Shown here in pieces: positions 63,146-64,000 of a DNA stretch of 64,000 nt (its first letter is position 1; each line of letters starts with the position of its first letter). Location of the stretch: contig OZ025723.1 of the NCBI GenBank assembly GCA_964019335.1, positions 62,001-126,000 on the forward strand, given 5' to 3'. The notes beneath the pieces are model-generated. The model saw only the letters and a program-made list of their open reading frames with translations. It searched no databases and was not told the DNA's origin. The DNA comes from Diplonema japonicum. Lineage: Eukaryota > Protista > Euglenozoa: Diplonemea. The position numbers and the translations under genes were made by a program.

Positions 63146-64000
63146 ATGAGTGAGCCTCCGCCCAACCCGACTGGGAAAGGGGCTGTCGCGCCCCCTAACC
63201 CTACAGGAAAGACGTCTGCACCTCCACCAAATCCATCAGCAGCACCGCCGAACCCTACAGGGAAGACACCAACACCCCCTCCCAACCCAACAGGGAAGAA
63301 GACACCCACACCCACACCCACACCCCCTCCTAACCCAACTGGGAAAGCTTCTGCCACTCCGACAGGGAAGACACCCCCTCCCAACCCGACAGGGAAAGCT
63401 TCGTCCACTCCCCCTCCCAACCCTACAGGGAAAGGGTCAGCGGCACCAACAGGGAAAACACCCGCAACACCCCCTCCTAATCCAACAGGGGTGACGAACC
63501 CTACAGGCAAGGGACCTGCGCCTACTCCGCCGTCTGGAAGCCCTGCAGAAAAGGCCCCAACACCACCAGTTCAGTCTACAGGCACAAAGGGTGAACTACC
63601 AGAGCCTGCGAAAGCGGATGGGCCACCGCCACCGCCTGAGGAAGCACCGAAGGTGACGGGGGCGAAGACACCCGGCAGTGCGGTGGACGCAGGGATGCTG
63701 TCGATGAGGAAGGCAATGGTGATGGCGGCAAGCTACGTGAACACCGTGGAGCAGATTCCTGGGAGGGAACGTGCTGCTGAGGGGGTCGAGAGGATGCTAA
63801 ACGAGGCGGGATTCACAGGTGAGATGCTGACCCTACGAGACGACAAGCCAGACATGATGCCCAGCAGGCAAGCCACGACAAGCGGGTTGTGGTGGCTAGC
63901 TGAACAAGTCCGCGAGGGCGATGCTGTGTGGCTGTCGTTCACAGGACAAGCGATCCTCCTCCCTGAAAGGGGCAGCGGGTTTCGAAAAGAGCACGCTTTC
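63146..64000 (+). CDS. 3'-partial metacaspase-like protein with PPNPTGK-repeat N-terminus; catalytic His apparently replaced (absent from ORF track)
   Basis: Open frame from ATG 63146 to the window end: RKAMVMAASY...LRDD...PSR...WL...GDAVWLSFTGQA, matching the type I metacaspase RKALLIGINY...LTDD..PTR..WL...GD.LFFHFSGHG pattern. Confidence 0.7.
   Translation, partial: MSEPPPNPTGKGAVAPPNPTGKTSAPPPNPSAAPPNPTGKTPTPPPNPTGKKTPTPTPTPPPNPTGKASATPTGKTPPPNPTGKASSTPPPNPTGKGSAAPTGKTPATPPPNPTGVTNPTGKGPAPTPPSGSPAEKAPTPPVQSTGTKGELPEPAKADGPPPPPEEAPKVTGAKTPGSAVDAGMLSMRKAMVMAASYVNTVEQIPGRERAAEGVERMLNEAGFTGEMLTLRDDKPDMMPSRQATTSGLWWLAEQVREGDAVWLSFTGQAILLPERGSGFRKEHAF
63155..63510 (+). repeat. Coding peptide repeat: 7 perfect PPNPTGK units plus degenerate copies
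   Basis: Translation of frame 63146. Confidence 0.9.

Noticed and set aside
4922-63149. Poly-Lys/poly-Phe ORFs in spacers and N-terminal extensions of track ORFs (12363, 14410, 20087, 28139, 34539, 38268, 47684, 51172)
   Set aside because: They are translations of homopolymer spacer DNA; starts were moved to the first ATG after the low-complexity leader.
87-63942. Numerous minus-strand and alternate-frame ORFs (e.g. 31180..32283, 53899..54900, 21253..22071)
   Set aside because: They are antisense or frame shadows of + strand genes with biased codon use and show no recognisable domains.
1-64000. Alternative genetic code, non-canonical introns, CRISPR arrays, tRNA/rRNA or SL RNA genes
   Set aside because: TAA, TAG and TGA all terminate genes, every frame break is explained by GT-AG introns, and I recognised no such arrays or RNA genes by eye.

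Overview
Eukaryotic, gene-dense window with about 22 protein-coding genes, all on the + strand, separated by short poly(A)/poly(T)-rich spacers. This layout fits a directional, probably polycistronic and SL trans-spliced cluster. An RPS6 with euglenozoan-type sequence, a BILBO1-like gene and frequent cis introns suggest a non-trypanosomatid euglenozoan, most likely a diplonemid (inference). Genes: 5'-partial EGF/IPT multi-TM receptor, PIKfyve/Fab1, AIDA, acylated CAMK-like pseudokinase, EDC4/Ge-1-like, actin-related protein, centriolin-like LRR coiled-coil protein, KH-KH-PLD6/Zucchini fusion, two tandem HSL-family esterases, VPS13 with a C-terminal DysF domain, GT31 glycosyltransferase, FYVE-DEP-DEP-PH protein, giant IQ protein spanning an assembly gap, BILBO1-like, RPS6, a 3'-partial pseudo-metacaspase and several hypothetical proteins. 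I reconstructed 19 tiny GT-AG introns (33-86 nt) by hand that the ORF track misses. Most carry a poly(A) tract where a polypyrimidine tract is expected, several can fold as U:A hairpins, and all lie within about 1 kb of spliced sequence from the stop codon. One is present in only one of two near-identical tandem paralogues. There is also a 1034-bp TA-flanked terminal-inverted-repeat element (MITE-like). The main leads are the A-tract, 3'-confined mini-intron system and the KH-Zucchini RNA nuclease. All family assignments are from recalled motifs, not database searches.
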